In this document: piece after piece, positions 49,579-63,456 of the stretch
Position numbering within the stretch: the stretch's first letter is position 1
Layout: every line of letters begins with the position of its first letter
Source of the DNA: the human T2T-CHM13v2.0 reference genome, Homo sapiens
DNA length: 64,000 bases
Assembly (NCBI RefSeq): GCF_009914755.1
Contig: NC_060933.1
Reading direction: 5' to 3' (one strand)
Notes under the pieces: generated by a model
Databases searched by the model: none
What the model was told of the DNA's origin: nothing
The model's input: the letters and a program-made list of their open reading frames with translations, nothing else
Position numbers and translations under genes: made by a program

Positions 49579-50995
49579 TCTAAAGACAATGTAGTACTAG
49601 AATTAGAGATGTTTAAGCCCAAGCAGCAAGTACAAGCTAATCTTCCTAAATTTTATGGCGTTCCAGAAAACTGACTGGGGAACTGAGTCTTGATTAACTC
49701 ATCCCAAGGTAAAATTCATTCATAGGATCATCTGACTTCTATCCATGAGTTCAACACGGAAAATATTGCAAAGCTCTGATGCTCCACTCAGGTGCAGAAT
49801 AAACGCTCCCAATTCAATGTGAGCAGCTCTTTCCTCTGGGGATACATGAGAGTGAGACGTGGGACTTGATACTCTGCCATAATGGAAGCAAAGAGAAGAG
49901 AAATAGGGATGGAAGAGGAGGGAAGAAAGGGAGACAGGGGAGGGTACAGATTAAGATAAAAAGAGAACAGAAGGGATGGTGAAAGTATGAATGGAAACAT
50001 GGAGATTAGGAAGAAACAGAGGTAGGGAAGAATATCTCTATGGTAGAATAAAACCAGGCCTTTTTCTTACTGCTCAGAGTAATTCTGAAGGCTAAAACTG
50101 AGAAGGCCAGTAACAAAAATGAAGTGACAATGGCCCAGAGAGAGAACTCAAGAGGGTTACTCTACTCAGCAAAGAAAGGCAGCCCTTAGAATGCCCCTGA
50201 GCAAATGGATGGAGCCACATTACGTAACTCACTCACTTCTCTGCCTTTCATCTTTGTCAATGGCCATAAACCCGCAATTTCACTAAACGCAATTCCCATT
50301 TCAGAGAGTCTTTAAAGCAAGCGGCACTGCCTCACAAACCCATGAAAATAGGTCCTTTTCACTCTCTTATCTTGAATCTCAAAAAAACATACTCTTGCTA
50401 TGAACAGATATGGACTTCTTTGAGTTTTTAAGAGCCAATTATAGCACATCGCAACTAGTGTACCCTGTAATACTGTCTCCAAAGAGGGCTCTCCAGCAGA
50501 TGCAGGGGGTCCCCATGATACAAAGGGCTGTGTTCTAAAAGTTCCTGTGTAAGGTGGTTGTCTAGTGCTTAGAACATATTTTCATGGAGAGGAAAATAAA
50601 ACAGCAATGAATGGCTAGAAAGAGACCCGGTCTAGTCCAAACAGTCTCCTTAACCATGTGTCTGAACTATGTGACTGAAGAGTGCTCTTGGATCTGGGAG
50701 CCATAGTGCAGTGCAAGGGGGAGAAAAAGGAAAAGGAGACGGAAAACTCTCCGGCTACCTCCTGGATGGGAGGTGTCACTAGCCATTTCTTGAGGCCCCC
50801 AACAAGATATAAGGTAAAAATCCTCATTTGAGAGAAACTGCACTGCTCACTGACACCCGCTATTTTTGCAAATTCACTCAGTGGCTCACAGAAACACTTG
50901 ACAGAGTGCTGAGTGGCATGGATTTGGGAAGGATGCAGGGCAGCAAACAAGCAAGCTGGAGAGGGCAGCGGGATGAGGGCCTAAGAGGCTAAATC

Positions 50996-51576
50996 GGAGG
51001 TTCTCAAATGTTCTCAGTCCATGTCACTCTGGCGTCTCAGGTATTTTTCTCATTATACTTCTAGGCAAAGAGGAATACCTAACAGTTCCATGAGTTAAAT
51101 AGGTAGATCCAAACAACTCAATAAATATTTACGTCCTAACAACTTAGTAACTATTTGAAAAGAAAAAGATATAAATTGATGAGAAGGTGGTATTTTTATT
51201 TCATTCTTATATAGCCATAATTTTCAATGAGACCTATGTGCTGCTGGGCACTATGCAGCTTTTCTAACTTTGGAATTAGATGGGATTCTGCCACCCCATT
51301 TCCTGCTTCACATTGATTTTTATACCACACTGGCTATTTATCACAGCATCCCCTGAAAGCCCAGCTTTTCAAAGATATGACTTCACCGAAAGGAATGTAG
51401 TGATCTAGTGTTAAAACTATGAACTACCTTAAGCCCGTAGTTCACATGGTAGCTGACAGATGTTGATTGTTTCAGTGTTTGCCTCAAAAAAAAAAAAAAA
51501 AAAAAAATCCCACAGCCTCTCCATGAATTCACTGTGGCACCCCAGGGTGCCTTCAGAGAATAGTTTGGAAAAAGGC
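50996..51576 (-). mobile_element. MER119 (hAT-Charlie)
   Basis: aatacctaacagttcc..gtcctaacaacttagta..aaagatatgacttcaccgaaaggaatgtag..gaactacctt..tggcaccccagggtgcct match the remembered MER119 in reverse. Confidence 0.78.
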
Positions 51577-52224
51577 AAGGCTAGAATGTTTCCAGTGCAA
51601 CCAATTAGGAGTATCCTTTCTGGTTTACATTTCACAGTAAGAAAAATGTAACCCACACTGAAATGGCCATGGGCTTGACCTCTGAAGTAACCTCTGCCCT
51701 GCCCTTTTAAAAGTGTTCCACATTCAATTCACAGCATCCTTTGGGTAAGTGATAAACTTCTCAGTGGCTCACAGACATATTCTGCAGACTCTGGGACAGA
51801 GAGGACAGGTGATTCTGTGTTGATGGGTGAGATCACGTTTTTAAAAACGACTTCACTCTACAGTATAATGTAGACAATTATTAAGAACTATTATGGTTTA
51901 GATGTTTTTCATTAATTGACATGTGAGACAAATGTTGAACCAAATACAGACTAACAGAGAAAGAAGATGCCAGGTGTATGTTTTATTGATAATCATATAA
52001 TTTTGCCCCTGGCAAGACTAAAAGAAAAATAAAGTCTAAGACAAGCAAAGATTGCATTGAGGCCAAAAAAAAAAGGAGGAAATTCAGGTTTGTCAATTCA
52101 TTCATTCATTCATTCATCCATTCATTCTACAGATGTTTTAAAGTTTCTGTCATTTTCCAAATACTGTATGTCACCAGAGACACAGAAGTGAAAAAGCCAG
52201 CCACAACATGGCCTTTGAACTCCT

Positions 52225-53425
52225 GTCAAGGTCAGTAGTGACCTTCATCTTCCCCAATGCAATAGAGTATTTTGTGGCTTCATCTTATCTGACGTCTCAG
52301 CAACATCTGGCCTAGTTGATCACTCCTTCCTTCCTTTCACTTGTTAACTTGGTTTCTGAGACACCCTCTACCCTGGTTTTCTTCCTACCTCATTGCCTGC
52401 ATCTTCTTAGTTTCTTCCTCTTTCTAGCCTCCAATGTTGATTTCTTCATGGCTCAGTTATTGGCCATTTTCTCCATCCTCACTCCCTCCTTTGGGTTGGT
52501 CCTTTGCAGTCTTATGACATCAAATATCATCTCTATGCTGTTAACTCCTACATTTCTATCTCTATCTCCCACTTCACTCCAGAGCTCCAGATTTGTATAT
52601 CCAACCATGTACCCAACATCCCCACTTGAAGAACTAATAGGTATCTCAAATACAATTATTTTCAGAACAGAAACCTGATCTCTGACCCCCAATTCCAGAT
52701 TTCTCCATCTCAGGAAATTGTATTGCCATTCACTACATGTTCAAACCAAACACCTAGAGGTATTCACTGATTCTTCTGTTTCTTATTGCTGCACAACCAA
52801 TCCTCAGCAAGTCCCATTGGCTCTACCTTCAAAACCTACTCTGAATCTAAACCCACCACCACCACCATGATGCTAGTCCCAGCGACCATCTCTCTCCCCA
52901 GGGCTACTACAATAACCTAACTGGTTGTCTTGTTTTCACTCTTGCTTTCCCATCCGGACTATTCTCAATATGGTAACACGATGTCCTTTTTTAAAATGTA
53001 AGTTACATCATGTTAATTCTTTACTTAAAACCCTTGGAAGAGTTCCTATCACACTTGAAATCTCTGAACTTCCTATCTCAGTCTATAAGAACCAAAATGA
53101 CCTGGCTGTACCTGAATCAAATCAGGACATAATGCACTTGCTTTTTTTCTCTTCTGGGAACACTCTTCCTTAGGTCTGCAGATGCCACACTCTTCACTCA
53201 AATCAGAGAAGCCTTCCCTAAATGTCCTTTCTACAATATTCTCCTCATCCCTCTGAAACCCATTATTCTGCTTTGTTTCTCCCTATAGCACTTATTAACC
53301 CCCAAGAAATTACATCATAGGTATTTACTCACTGATTGCTACTTTCATTAGAACATAAGGTGAGTGCAGTTACTTTGCCTTACTATTCACACAGCAAGCT
53401 GTGGACTCTCAAATACTCAGTGAAA
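52225..53425 (+). mobile_element. L2a fragment
   Basis: ctcagcaacatctggcctagttgatcactccttcctt..ctccagatttgtatatccaac..ggctctaccttcaaaac..cagagaagccttcc. Confidence 0.82.
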
Positions 53426-53436
53426 TAACAATCTTC

Positions 53437-54050
<614 letters not shown>

Positions 54051-54434
54051 CTGTGCTATATACTGCCTCTATCTGTCATTTCCAGAAAGTGGGATGATCA
54101 AGCTAGAATTACCTCTAATGCTTCCATTCTACCTCCTAAAACAAAAATGTTGTCACCTGTGTTGCCTGAAATTTAATTAAGTCACAAGAACTCTTTTATC
54201 CAAATATAGTTCAACAAAGACAACTGGCCATAGACTAATGCAGAAGCATGCACACAGAGACCAAGTGTCATGTTAGGGTGCTGAGGCATCAAATGGAACT
54301 TCTGTCGTGCCATTTCATCATCATATTACCCACAGTAGGAGTTTTCCCCTCTAAAGATGATAAATTTAAACAAGAACTACCAAGGGTGACAACTTCACAA
54401 CTGAGTGTCAACCAAAAGCAGAATGTTTTAGTAA

Positions 54435-54774
<340 letters not shown>

Positions 54775-55150
54775 CGCACTCACCCTGCTTCTTAACTTTT
54801 TCTGTCATCAGGAAAATGAGCCACCTGGCTCATGAAGAAAAAAAAAAATCTTTGCTTCAAGCTTCCAGTATCTGACTATGCAGGATGGATGAAGTGCCTC
54901 CAATGGACCCCTCTCAGTCTGACATAGCTCTAAGAAAATTTTCTGAGACCCTATCGCTGAATTCAAACCCAGCTCCAGACAAAAGAACCATCACCACAAG
55001 TTCAGAGATGCAATAGTGACTTTGTTTCTTTCTTCTCCTATAATTAGGAACAAACCATCTGTGCACCCTATTAAGGTACCACTGGTTCTTACTGCCCACC
55101 CTCTTCAGCATACACAAATATAGGCCTACATTTTACACATGCATGCGCGT

Positions 55151-55152
<2 letters not shown>

Positions 55153-55186
<34 letters not shown>
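55153..55186. repeat. (AC)n microsatellite
   Basis: Seen directly. Confidence 0.95.
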
Positions 55187-55188
<2 letters not shown>

Positions 55189-56497
55189 TCCTTAGCAACC
55201 TCATGCTTCTGGACTGTGTACAGAATGAATGACAGCCACTATGATAATGATACATAGTTATTTTACTCCAAAATATGATAAATAGTAAAAGCTATCCTGA
55301 TGCAATTCAAAGATTAGAAGTTACTTGGAAAACAAACTATGCATCTGCATTCAACTTCACTACTGAACAGGAGCCAAAACTATTCTTTTCTTCTAAATTT
55401 ACCAAAGACAACATCAAATATAACATTTGGCAACTCTCAGAACCTAATTTGAAATCCATTTTGACTCTAAATAAACCCATAAATTTTACAGACCTGCTGA
55501 TAAGTGCTACATGCTGTGATATAACCCGTTTATGGAAATACTTCATAGACTCAATTCTTTCCTAAAAATCAAGACTTGGAAAATGTTGGTTTGAGAAAAG
55601 AATCAGGAAGCAAAATGGAGAATGCATGAGCGTAAAGGTGAGTGTCATTGCTTGGAGAATAAGAGAAAAGCTGTACCCCCTGCAGACACCCACCCCCACA
55701 CACACCCATGTCCCCTTCCTTAACCTTATAGGGTTTCCTAAACCGTCACATCTCCCATCTTCTGAAGTGGGAGTGTTTTTACTAGACTATTCTAGGCAAT
55801 TTCTGGTATCTGGACTCCAGGTCTCCAGTCTTCAGATCAAAGATGAGTTTATAGATAGATTATGTATAAATTGAGAGTAGACAGCCCTTGAGGGTTAAGT
55901 GAAGACAGCAGAAAAGACCATCCTCTCATGGCTAAATCTTGAGATGAAATGGCTTCTAAGCAGTGCTTTGCCAGTTCCTCAAAAGATTAATTTCTGGATG
56001 TAGAAAAATATGAAAGTAACAGCAAAAATAGAAAATGAAATTGCCAACCCCACAGTACCCAAATATCTGAATAAAACAAGTCTTTAATCTCTTTGTCCTT
56101 GACAATCCCTAGCTACTTAGCTACCGATAGCACCACCACTACCAAGTCTATGTCTGGCACATCTTAGGAAACTTTGCTAACTCATCCTGAAAATCAGGTT
56201 TCCTCACTAGCTCCCAGTTCCTAAAAGGTGACCAGGATCCTCACAAATCATAAAACAACGATAAGAAGAAAGGAATATCTTAAGTCATTTCATTCAGCTT
56301 CCTCATTTTACAAAGAGTACAGATTCAAATGTTAGTCTCTTGAAGTCTCAAAGTTAGTGCCAAGAATGAGTTTTTTAAGCCTCATTCTCCTAATTCCCAA
56401 GACAACGTTTCTACTAGGTACATCATTGCTAAAGAAATAAATAGATTTGCTATCCAGACATCCATCCACGGATAAGTAAAAAACAGATTATAAAAAT

Positions 56498-56543
<46 letters not shown>

Positions 56544-56642
56544 ATGTGTATATATATGTGTGTGTATATATACATAGATGTGTATATATATGCATACACA
56601 CGTGCGTGCGTGCGCGCACACACACACACTCACACACACATA
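56498..56642. repeat. Compound (TG)n-(TA)-(CG)-(CA)n alternating purine-pyrimidine tract
   Basis: Seen directly. Confidence 0.95.
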
Positions 56643-56644
56643 GC

Positions 56645-56945
56645 CAGTATGGCTTAGTGATTAAAAGCATGTATTCTAGAGCCAAAGTGGCTGGTTCAAA
56701 TCCTGACTCTGCCACTTACAGGCTGTATGACCTTGGGAAAATTACTCAGTTACACCTTAGTTTTTTCATTTGTAAAACAGGAGTCATAATAACAACAACA
56801 ACAACTAACATAATGGTACCCACTCCACTGGGTTTTTGACAGCTTAAATGAGATAATCTCTCATTTAAAAAATTAAAATTTCAAGTACTTAAAATAGCAT
56901 CTACCATATCATAAGTGTTATCTATGTATTGCCTACCATTATTCT
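56645..56945 (+). mobile_element. MIR
   Basis: ggttcaaatcctgactctgccacttacaggctgtatgaccttggg..catttgtaaaacagg. Confidence 0.85.
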
Positions 56946-57339
56946 TTCAAATATAATTGAGACTATAAAGAAATTCTGAAAAGGAGGTCATGGTCTTGCT
57001 TTGCATTATTACTCTGGGAATGTTCTGAACACTTTTCAAATATACCAGCTTCATTTGATATAGAGCGTTCTGAAAGGAATTCAATAATATGGTTTAGTGT
57101 ACTTTGCCTAGACCTAAGTAGTCCCATCATTCTAGACAATGTAAGAGCAAGAATAAAAGGTAGGAAAGGTATTATTATTCATAGGTATAATCCCTGACTT
57201 CTGTTTTAAGAATCATTATTGATTGACACCCACATAGAATACTCCAAGATAGGTGGTGATACCCCACAGAGAGTAGGAACCCACACTTGTTGATTTGATT
57301 CTGGAAGAGTTACTAGGAGACCAGTTTATTCCAGATCTC

Positions 57340-57613
57340 CAAGGTCCCAGTACCAGCTGGGCAGCATCTCCTCAGCTCTGGGTCCCAGCTCCAAGCCTCT
57401 AGGTTCTGGTATCTCCCAACCCCTTCCTTTCGATCCTCCAGCACTAGAGCAGTAGCTGTTTGCTGCAGCTACTATCTACACATTTCCTCACAGTTCTCTT
57501 TTTCTACCTGTTCAATACTTCAACAGCTGTTTAACAAAGCTCTGGTATTAAATTCTCTATGTTAAAAATAACCATAGCAGCCTCTTTCCCTGACTGGATG
57601 CTGGCTAACATAC
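57340..57613 (+). mobile_element. LTR33-like ERVL LTR fragment
   Basis: 3' end attaaattctctatgttaaaaataacc..cctgactggatgctggctaacatac resembles LTR33. Confidence 0.55.
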
Positions 57614-58584
57614 CATCACATAGACATTTAGTCCAAGCTTTCTCACACGACACAGAATAACTCCTTATCATTAAAATTGACAGACAAGACAACTCCAATC
57701 CTTCATGTGAAACATGTTAAAATGTCTCTGCGTCACTCTAAGGGATCTCCTCTCAATGTCTAATTTCAATTCTTCCACTTGAGATTTGTGACCTTCTTTG
57801 CTCAGCCTGTCATCAATATAAACCATAGACATACCCCTCCCTGCCCACAGATATTATAATATCATATGCACAAATCATGTGACAAGACCTGTCCCACCAG
57901 TCTTGATCTGCGCTTAAAACCTATGTCCACTTTATTTCATGATTCTTATTTAGGCTACACTTATACTGCCAGCTACAGTGCAAATCAAGAGAAGACTGAT
58001 CACAGTTTTCATAAAAATATTACGAAGTATTGTCCAATGTTATATCAGTTATATCGCTGAAAGCAAATAACCAGATGTCTGAACCACCAAAACGATCTAC
58101 TTAAATCATCAGAATTTTACCTGATTTCATATTTAGGCACAAGCTTATCTAACTACATCATTATGTGTTCCAGTGTAGTTGGGCTGGAGTATTTTCATAT
58201 TTAAATGCATATTATTTTATTATAAATTATATTGCTTTTACAGTTCCTGTGTATTTCAGTTAGGAAATTATATTGATTTTTTAAAATTATTAGTATTGGT
58301 AAATAATGCTGTCTATTAATTTTGTCTGAGAATAATAAAGAGGGTAAAAAAATAGTGTTGTGAAGCACAGGTTTAGACGGAGGGCAGGACGGGAGAAACA
58401 AACAAATATCTGGTGGGGACACACAACAAGGTGGGTAGAAAGTGAAACCTGGAAACAAGCCCAAACAGAGTACCTATAAATACTTAAAGATCAACTGTCT
58501 TTGTTTAGTCCTTTTCTCTAGGCAAAAATGCCCCACAGGTGTTTGTAATGGTTCATGGGAATTAGCCAAATGTTTGGAAGGAAC

Positions 58585-58795
58585 CAGTGCTCTGCAGTAA
58601 GACAGACGTGCGTTCCCACCCTGGCTCTAGACACCTCTTATCAGCCATGTGATCCTGAACAATTTCACTTCTCTGAATACTGGTTTCCACATTTCTAAAA
58701 TGGAGATAACAGAGAAAATCTTGCAAACTGGCACTGCTGACTCTTAGAGCCTATCACCATGTCTGGTGTATCACAGGCCCTTGACAGAAATTACT
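58585..58795 (+). mobile_element. MIR (degenerate)
   Basis: cacttctctgaatactggtttccacatttctaaaatggagataac. Confidence 0.6.
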
Positions 58796-58867
58796 TCCTG
58801 CCTTCCTGCTCCTATATTTTGCCTAATTTTCTAGTATATCTTAAAAGAGGAAAGCCCAGACAATAAC

Positions 58868-59210
58868 TGTACTAATTATCTATTGCTACATCAAAATTAG
58901 CATCAACTTAGTGGCTTAAAACAATACACATTTATCACCTCAGTCTCCATGGTCAGCAATCTGAGCATGGCTTAGGTGGGTCCTCTGCTTCAGGGTCTCC
59001 CTAGGATGTAATTGAGTTGTCAGCTAGAGCCCCATCTGAAGGCTCAAACGGGGAAGCATCTGCTTCCAGGCTCACAGGGTTGTTGACAGAATGCAGTTTC
59101 TCAAAGGTGGGTTGGACTGAGCCTCCAATTATTCTGTCTGCTGGCCAGAGGTCACACAGGCCTTTCCAGCATGGCAGCTTGCTTCATGAAGCACACAAAC
59201 CAAGAAGACA
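58868..59210 (-). mobile_element. MLT1 (MaLR LTR, F/G type) fragment
   Basis: tgtactaattatctattgct..aacttagtggcttaaaacaa..catctgaaggctcaa..tctgcttccaggctcac. Confidence 0.75.
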
Positions 59211-59259
59211 ATACAGTCTGACAATAAACGTAAGTCAAACTTCTTGCAGCCTAATGAAT

Positions 59260-59448
59260 TCACTCTCCCTGTGTGACGATCTCTGAGCTAGAACATTGGT
59301 CTCCTTCTGCCTTCAGCCTCAGGCTGGAACGATACCAATGGCTCTCCCAGGTCTCCAGCTTGCTGACTGCAGATGGTAAGACTTCTCAGCCTCCTTTACT
59401 GCATGAGCCAATTCCTCATAATAAATCAATCTCTCTCTCAATCTGTGT

Positions 59449-59488
<40 letters not shown>

Positions 59489-60017
59489 CACAACTGACCC
59501 TTGAACAACACAGGTTTGAACTGCACAGATTCACTTAAATATAAATTATTCTGCCTCAGCCACCCCTGAGACAGCAAAACCAACCCTTCCTCTTCCTCCT
59601 TCTCCTCAGCCTACTCAATGTGAAGACAATGAGAATGAAGAATTTTATGATGATCCACTTCTACTTAATGAACAGTAAATATATTTTTCTTATTAATAAT
59701 AATACTAGAAAATTAGGAAAAATATAGAAACGGGGGCAGGAAGTAACTTCTGTTTCTCAGTAGCATTTTCTTTTCTCTGGCTTACTTTATTGTCAGCACA
59801 CAGTATACAATACATACAAAATACATGTTAATCAACTATGTTATCAGCAAGGCTTTGGTCAACAGTAGGCTACCAGTAGTTATGTTTTGGGGGAATCAGA
59901 AGTTACACACAAATTTCAACTGCATGGGGGGTCAGCACCCCTAACCTCCATATTGTTCAAAGGTCAATGGTATATATCCTATTGGTTCTGTTTCCCTGTA
60001 GAACTCTGAGTAACACA
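59260..60017 (+). mobile_element. MLT2 (ERVL) LTR 3' part split by Tigger2a
   Basis: caggtctccagcttgctgactgcagat..gacttctcagcctcc..gagccaattcctcataataaatc, (TG)n, then tcctattggttctgtttccctgtagaac..taacaca. Confidence 0.85.
59491..59970 (+). mobile_element. Tigger2a
   Basis: Terminal inverted repeats caactgacccttgaacaac / ttgttcaaaggtcaatgg; internal cagcctactcaatgtgaagac; carries a foreign ~55-bp insert. Confidence 0.9.
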
Positions 60018-60379
60018 GATACTAAAAAACAGAAAAGTTATCTCCAGGGAGAAGAATGAAGTGATGTATAAAGAGAAGCACAGAAAAGATCATGTTGCCT
60101 AGGAAAAAGCAGCATAAGAAAGTGGCATATTCTTACAGTTTCTCAAAATATCTGGCTGTACACCCTCCTCTTAGGTGCCATGAGACACCCCCCTGGATTT
60201 TTATAATTAAATCCCCTTTTACCTAAGGTAGCACAGTGGGTTTCAGGTACCTGCAACCAAAAGTCTTGAATAAGGTACTTGGGGAATCAATGCATTGCAG
60301 TAGAAAGCACTGATCTCCTGCTCTGCTCACCATAATGCTACCAGAAACTAGGCTCTCTGACATCCCAACAGTACATAGT

Positions 60380-60680
60380 AAGATGTTTAAGATACAAGAC
60401 TGTGGGGTCGGAGCAAACCTGGATTCAGTTCCCAGCTTTGCCACATATTGGCCATGTGACTGTGGCTAAGTTACTTCATCTCTTCAACACTTCATTTTCT
60501 TAATCTAATAATGCAGGGGATCCATAAAATTCTCATTTGTGAGAATTAAAGAGAAAATGAGCTCCAGGCCATCACAGAAGGCCTTGCAGATTGTGCCCTC
60601 GTCATGCGGCCAAGCAACTGAGCTCAGTGCAATGGCCGACCCAGAGTAAGGGCTCAAAAAGTTAGCCATTACTCTATTTT
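60380..60680 (+). mobile_element. MIR
   Basis: cctggattcagttcccagctttgccac..tgtgactgtggctaagttacttcatctc. Confidence 0.7.
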
Positions 60681-60979
60681 TCCCTTTCAGTTCTAATTGC
60701 CTACCTGACTGCACCAAAACCACTATTTTAAGCAAGTTGCGAATGGCACTTTTAACTCACATAGACACAAACACCTGCAACAATTTAGTTGGCAGTGGTT
60801 TCTCTGCTTCAGCTTGCTGTTCTTTTCAAAATAAACATATGCCAGACACTACACCACCACACATAGTAGAAATTCTGGTAGACATAATGTATCTTTCAGG
60901 AAATCACTCCCAATTGCCAAGAACCTAACCTTTTGAGGCAATCTCTGCCAAAAAACAAAACAACATCCTATGGAAATAT

Positions 60980-61190
60980 TTAGGGCTCTGAAGTCAGCAC
61001 AACATGGGGTAAAAAATACCCACCTCCTGCCGGGTGTGCTTGGGCAAGTTTCTTAATCTTCCCAAGCCTCTCTGTTCTCTTATTTTCAATGGGAATACCT
61101 CATAGGGTTATAGGGGATTAAATTAAGATATATAAAGCTAAGCATAGTTCTAGAATATATAAAATGCTACATAATTGCTAGCTGTTTTAT
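60980..61190 (+). mobile_element. MIR
   Basis: cttgggcaagtttcttaatcttcccaagcctc..atacctcatagggttataggggattaaattaagata. Confidence 0.75.
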
Positions 61191-61375
61191 TTTCAACTCT
61201 AGAATAACCAGAAACTTGTGTGTTTTACGTAATACACTAATAATCACTCACTGGCCCCAATAAGTAATTTTGCTATTAACTTATATGAGGCTAATCCTTT
61301 CAAGTAGGTTGAATGACTTGATCGGAAGGCTGTTAAGATTCTGAATCTAAATGTAATGAAACTTTCCCCAAATGT

Positions 61376-61489
61376 CAGGTGATCTGACATTCTGGTTCAG
61401 CCAGGATAGTCCTATGCGTAATTATTAATAGGGCCTCATTTAAGTCTTGACAGTGTCCTAGTTTGTACAACAAATTATATGATCACCCT
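61376..61489. mobile_element. MER94 (hAT-Blackjack)
   Basis: gcgtaattattaatag..agtgtcctagtttg..aaattatatgatcaccct. Confidence 0.7.
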
Positions 61490-61862
61490 ACCTAAATAAA
61501 GTAAAATCTTTAGATGGGAGATACAGGTTTAAAATACTTTATTTCACCTCAGTGCATGTGTATTGTGGTTTACATTTGTTCTCTTAGTTTTTGAAGTAAA
61601 CTGAAAATATAGAGCTTTTACGGTTCTAAATCCATATATCAAGTAGCTTTTCATACTGCCTAGACTGGAGAGTTATGACTAAGCTGTAGGCCTTTATTTC
61701 AAAAGACAAGTCTCAAGAATGAAGACAGAAATGCAGCAAGGCCTTCTTGTGCAGCGCAGTTGCAGTGGTTTATAGAGATCTATACTACCTCACACAGATG
61801 TGTAATCAAGGAATGACAACACTTTACCTGCCCTACCAGTTTGCCACTTAAAATGCACTTCT

Positions 61863-62142
61863 GCACCAAGCACGGTGGCTCATGTCTGTAATTCCAGCAT
61901 TTCGGAAGGCTGAGGCAGGAGGGTCACTTAAGCCCAGGAATTCCAGACCAGCCTGGAAAACACAGGGAGACCCCATCTCCACAGAAAAATAAAATTAGCT
62001 GGGCATGGTAGCTAATGCCTGTGGTCCCCACTACTCAGGAGGCTGAGGTGGAATCATCACTTGAGCCCAGGAGTTTGAGGCTGCAGTGAGCTATGATGGT
62101 GCCAATGCACTCCATCCTGGGTGACAGGGCAAGACCTTATCA

Positions 62143-62181
<39 letters not shown>

Positions 62182-62182
62182 A
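61863..62182 (+). mobile_element. AluJ with (TAAA)n tail
   Basis: Dimeric, with gagcccaggagtttgaggctgcagtgagctatgat. Confidence 0.92.
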
Positions 62183-62619
62183 TGTATTTTCACATTTATC
62201 ATCTAACTTCAACCTCAGAAGTAAATGCCATTTTCTGTTCCACCATCTTACGTGTGCCAGAGATTTCCACACAAGTGGGTGACTACTTGAAAAGTCAATC
62301 CACATAACTCGAAGATTCTCTGATGCTCACTCTCCTCCCTACCCAAGATCCCCAATCTCTTGTCTTTCTCAGCTTCTTGACTCCAAATTTCCAAATGCTC
62401 CTATGAATCTGAAAAACCTGGTTTTTGGCCTTCTTGTCCCATTTCGTACCCTGCCCTGCACCTCCATTCCACCCTCAGGCCATAATGTGCAGCTTTGTTC
62501 ATCAGCCTCATGAAACCAAAGAAAAGAGCATGTCCTTGCATAGGACATTCTCCTACTCCAGGACATGTGGCCGAGTCTGCCCTTTGCCTAGACTCTGCCC
62601 ATTTGTGAATGAGGATAAT

Positions 62620-62745
62620 ACATTATCCCCCACCTTCCAGATGAGGAAACTGAGGCAGGAGGCCTGGTGGCTTGAAAAGGTCACCATAGTGGTAAAGCCT
62701 GAACTGGACAATGGGTCTTGGCCCCAAAGTCCATGTTGTTTCCCT
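62620..62745 (-). mobile_element. MIR core
   Basis: attatcccccaccttccagatgaggaaactgaggcag. Confidence 0.7.
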
Positions 62746-62749
62746 ACAG

Positions 62750-63456
62750 CAATGCTTCTCGAATGTCAATGTACACTTGCAAGGTCAGTTACATAATTTG
62801 TGGGGACCAGTGCCAAACAAAAATGCTGCATCCCTTGATCAAAAAGCAAGAAGAAAGCTTTTTCCTTTCTTCTTAGGTCTCTCTCTGGACTTGTTGGGGT
62901 GTTTTTTCATTTGCTACTTAACATTGATTGGGTTCCTTCTGCACAGGGATATTCTCAGGGCAAGCGCAGACCCTCAAAGGTGCCCAGAGCCTCACTGGCA
63001 ATTGGGCATATGGGGCACACACACCCCACTCCACCTTCCTCATACCCTCTTGCAAGTCCCCATCCCTGCCAGAAGCAGAGGGTGGCAATGAATATTGGGT
63101 GGAAGTGGAAGAGTCAGCGGTCATCCTGGCAGGGGATGGGACCACACATTAACTGCTCCAGTATCCCATGGGACTTCACTAGCAAAAAACAGATTCAAAA
63201 ACAAAATTATTAAGAATGCCAAGAAGGTGACCACAGAACACTAAACCCTAAGCACAGGGCACCCCTTCTGAGTGCAGGACCCTGTGCAGTGACTGCTCAC
63301 ACATCCATGAAGCCAGCCCTGTGCACATGAATTACCTGGGAATATTGTTAAAATGCACATTCTGATTCAAGAGGTCTGGAGTGCCCTGTACATTTCTAAC
63401 CAGGTCCTGGGGGAGGCTAAAACTGCTGGTCCTCAAATTATACTTGAGTAGCAAGG
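62750..63456 (-). mobile_element. MER5A1 split by a MER45-family insertion
   Basis: caatgcttctc..tgtacac, then the insert, then tgcacatgaattacctggg..gttaaaatgcacattctgattca..tgctggtcc..ttgagtagcaagg. Confidence 0.75.
62780..63320 (-). mobile_element. MER45-family (hAT-Tip100) element
   Basis: Ends caaggtcagttacataatttgtgggg / catgaagccagccctg; degenerate 8-bp TSD tacacttg/tgcacatg. Confidence 0.75.
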
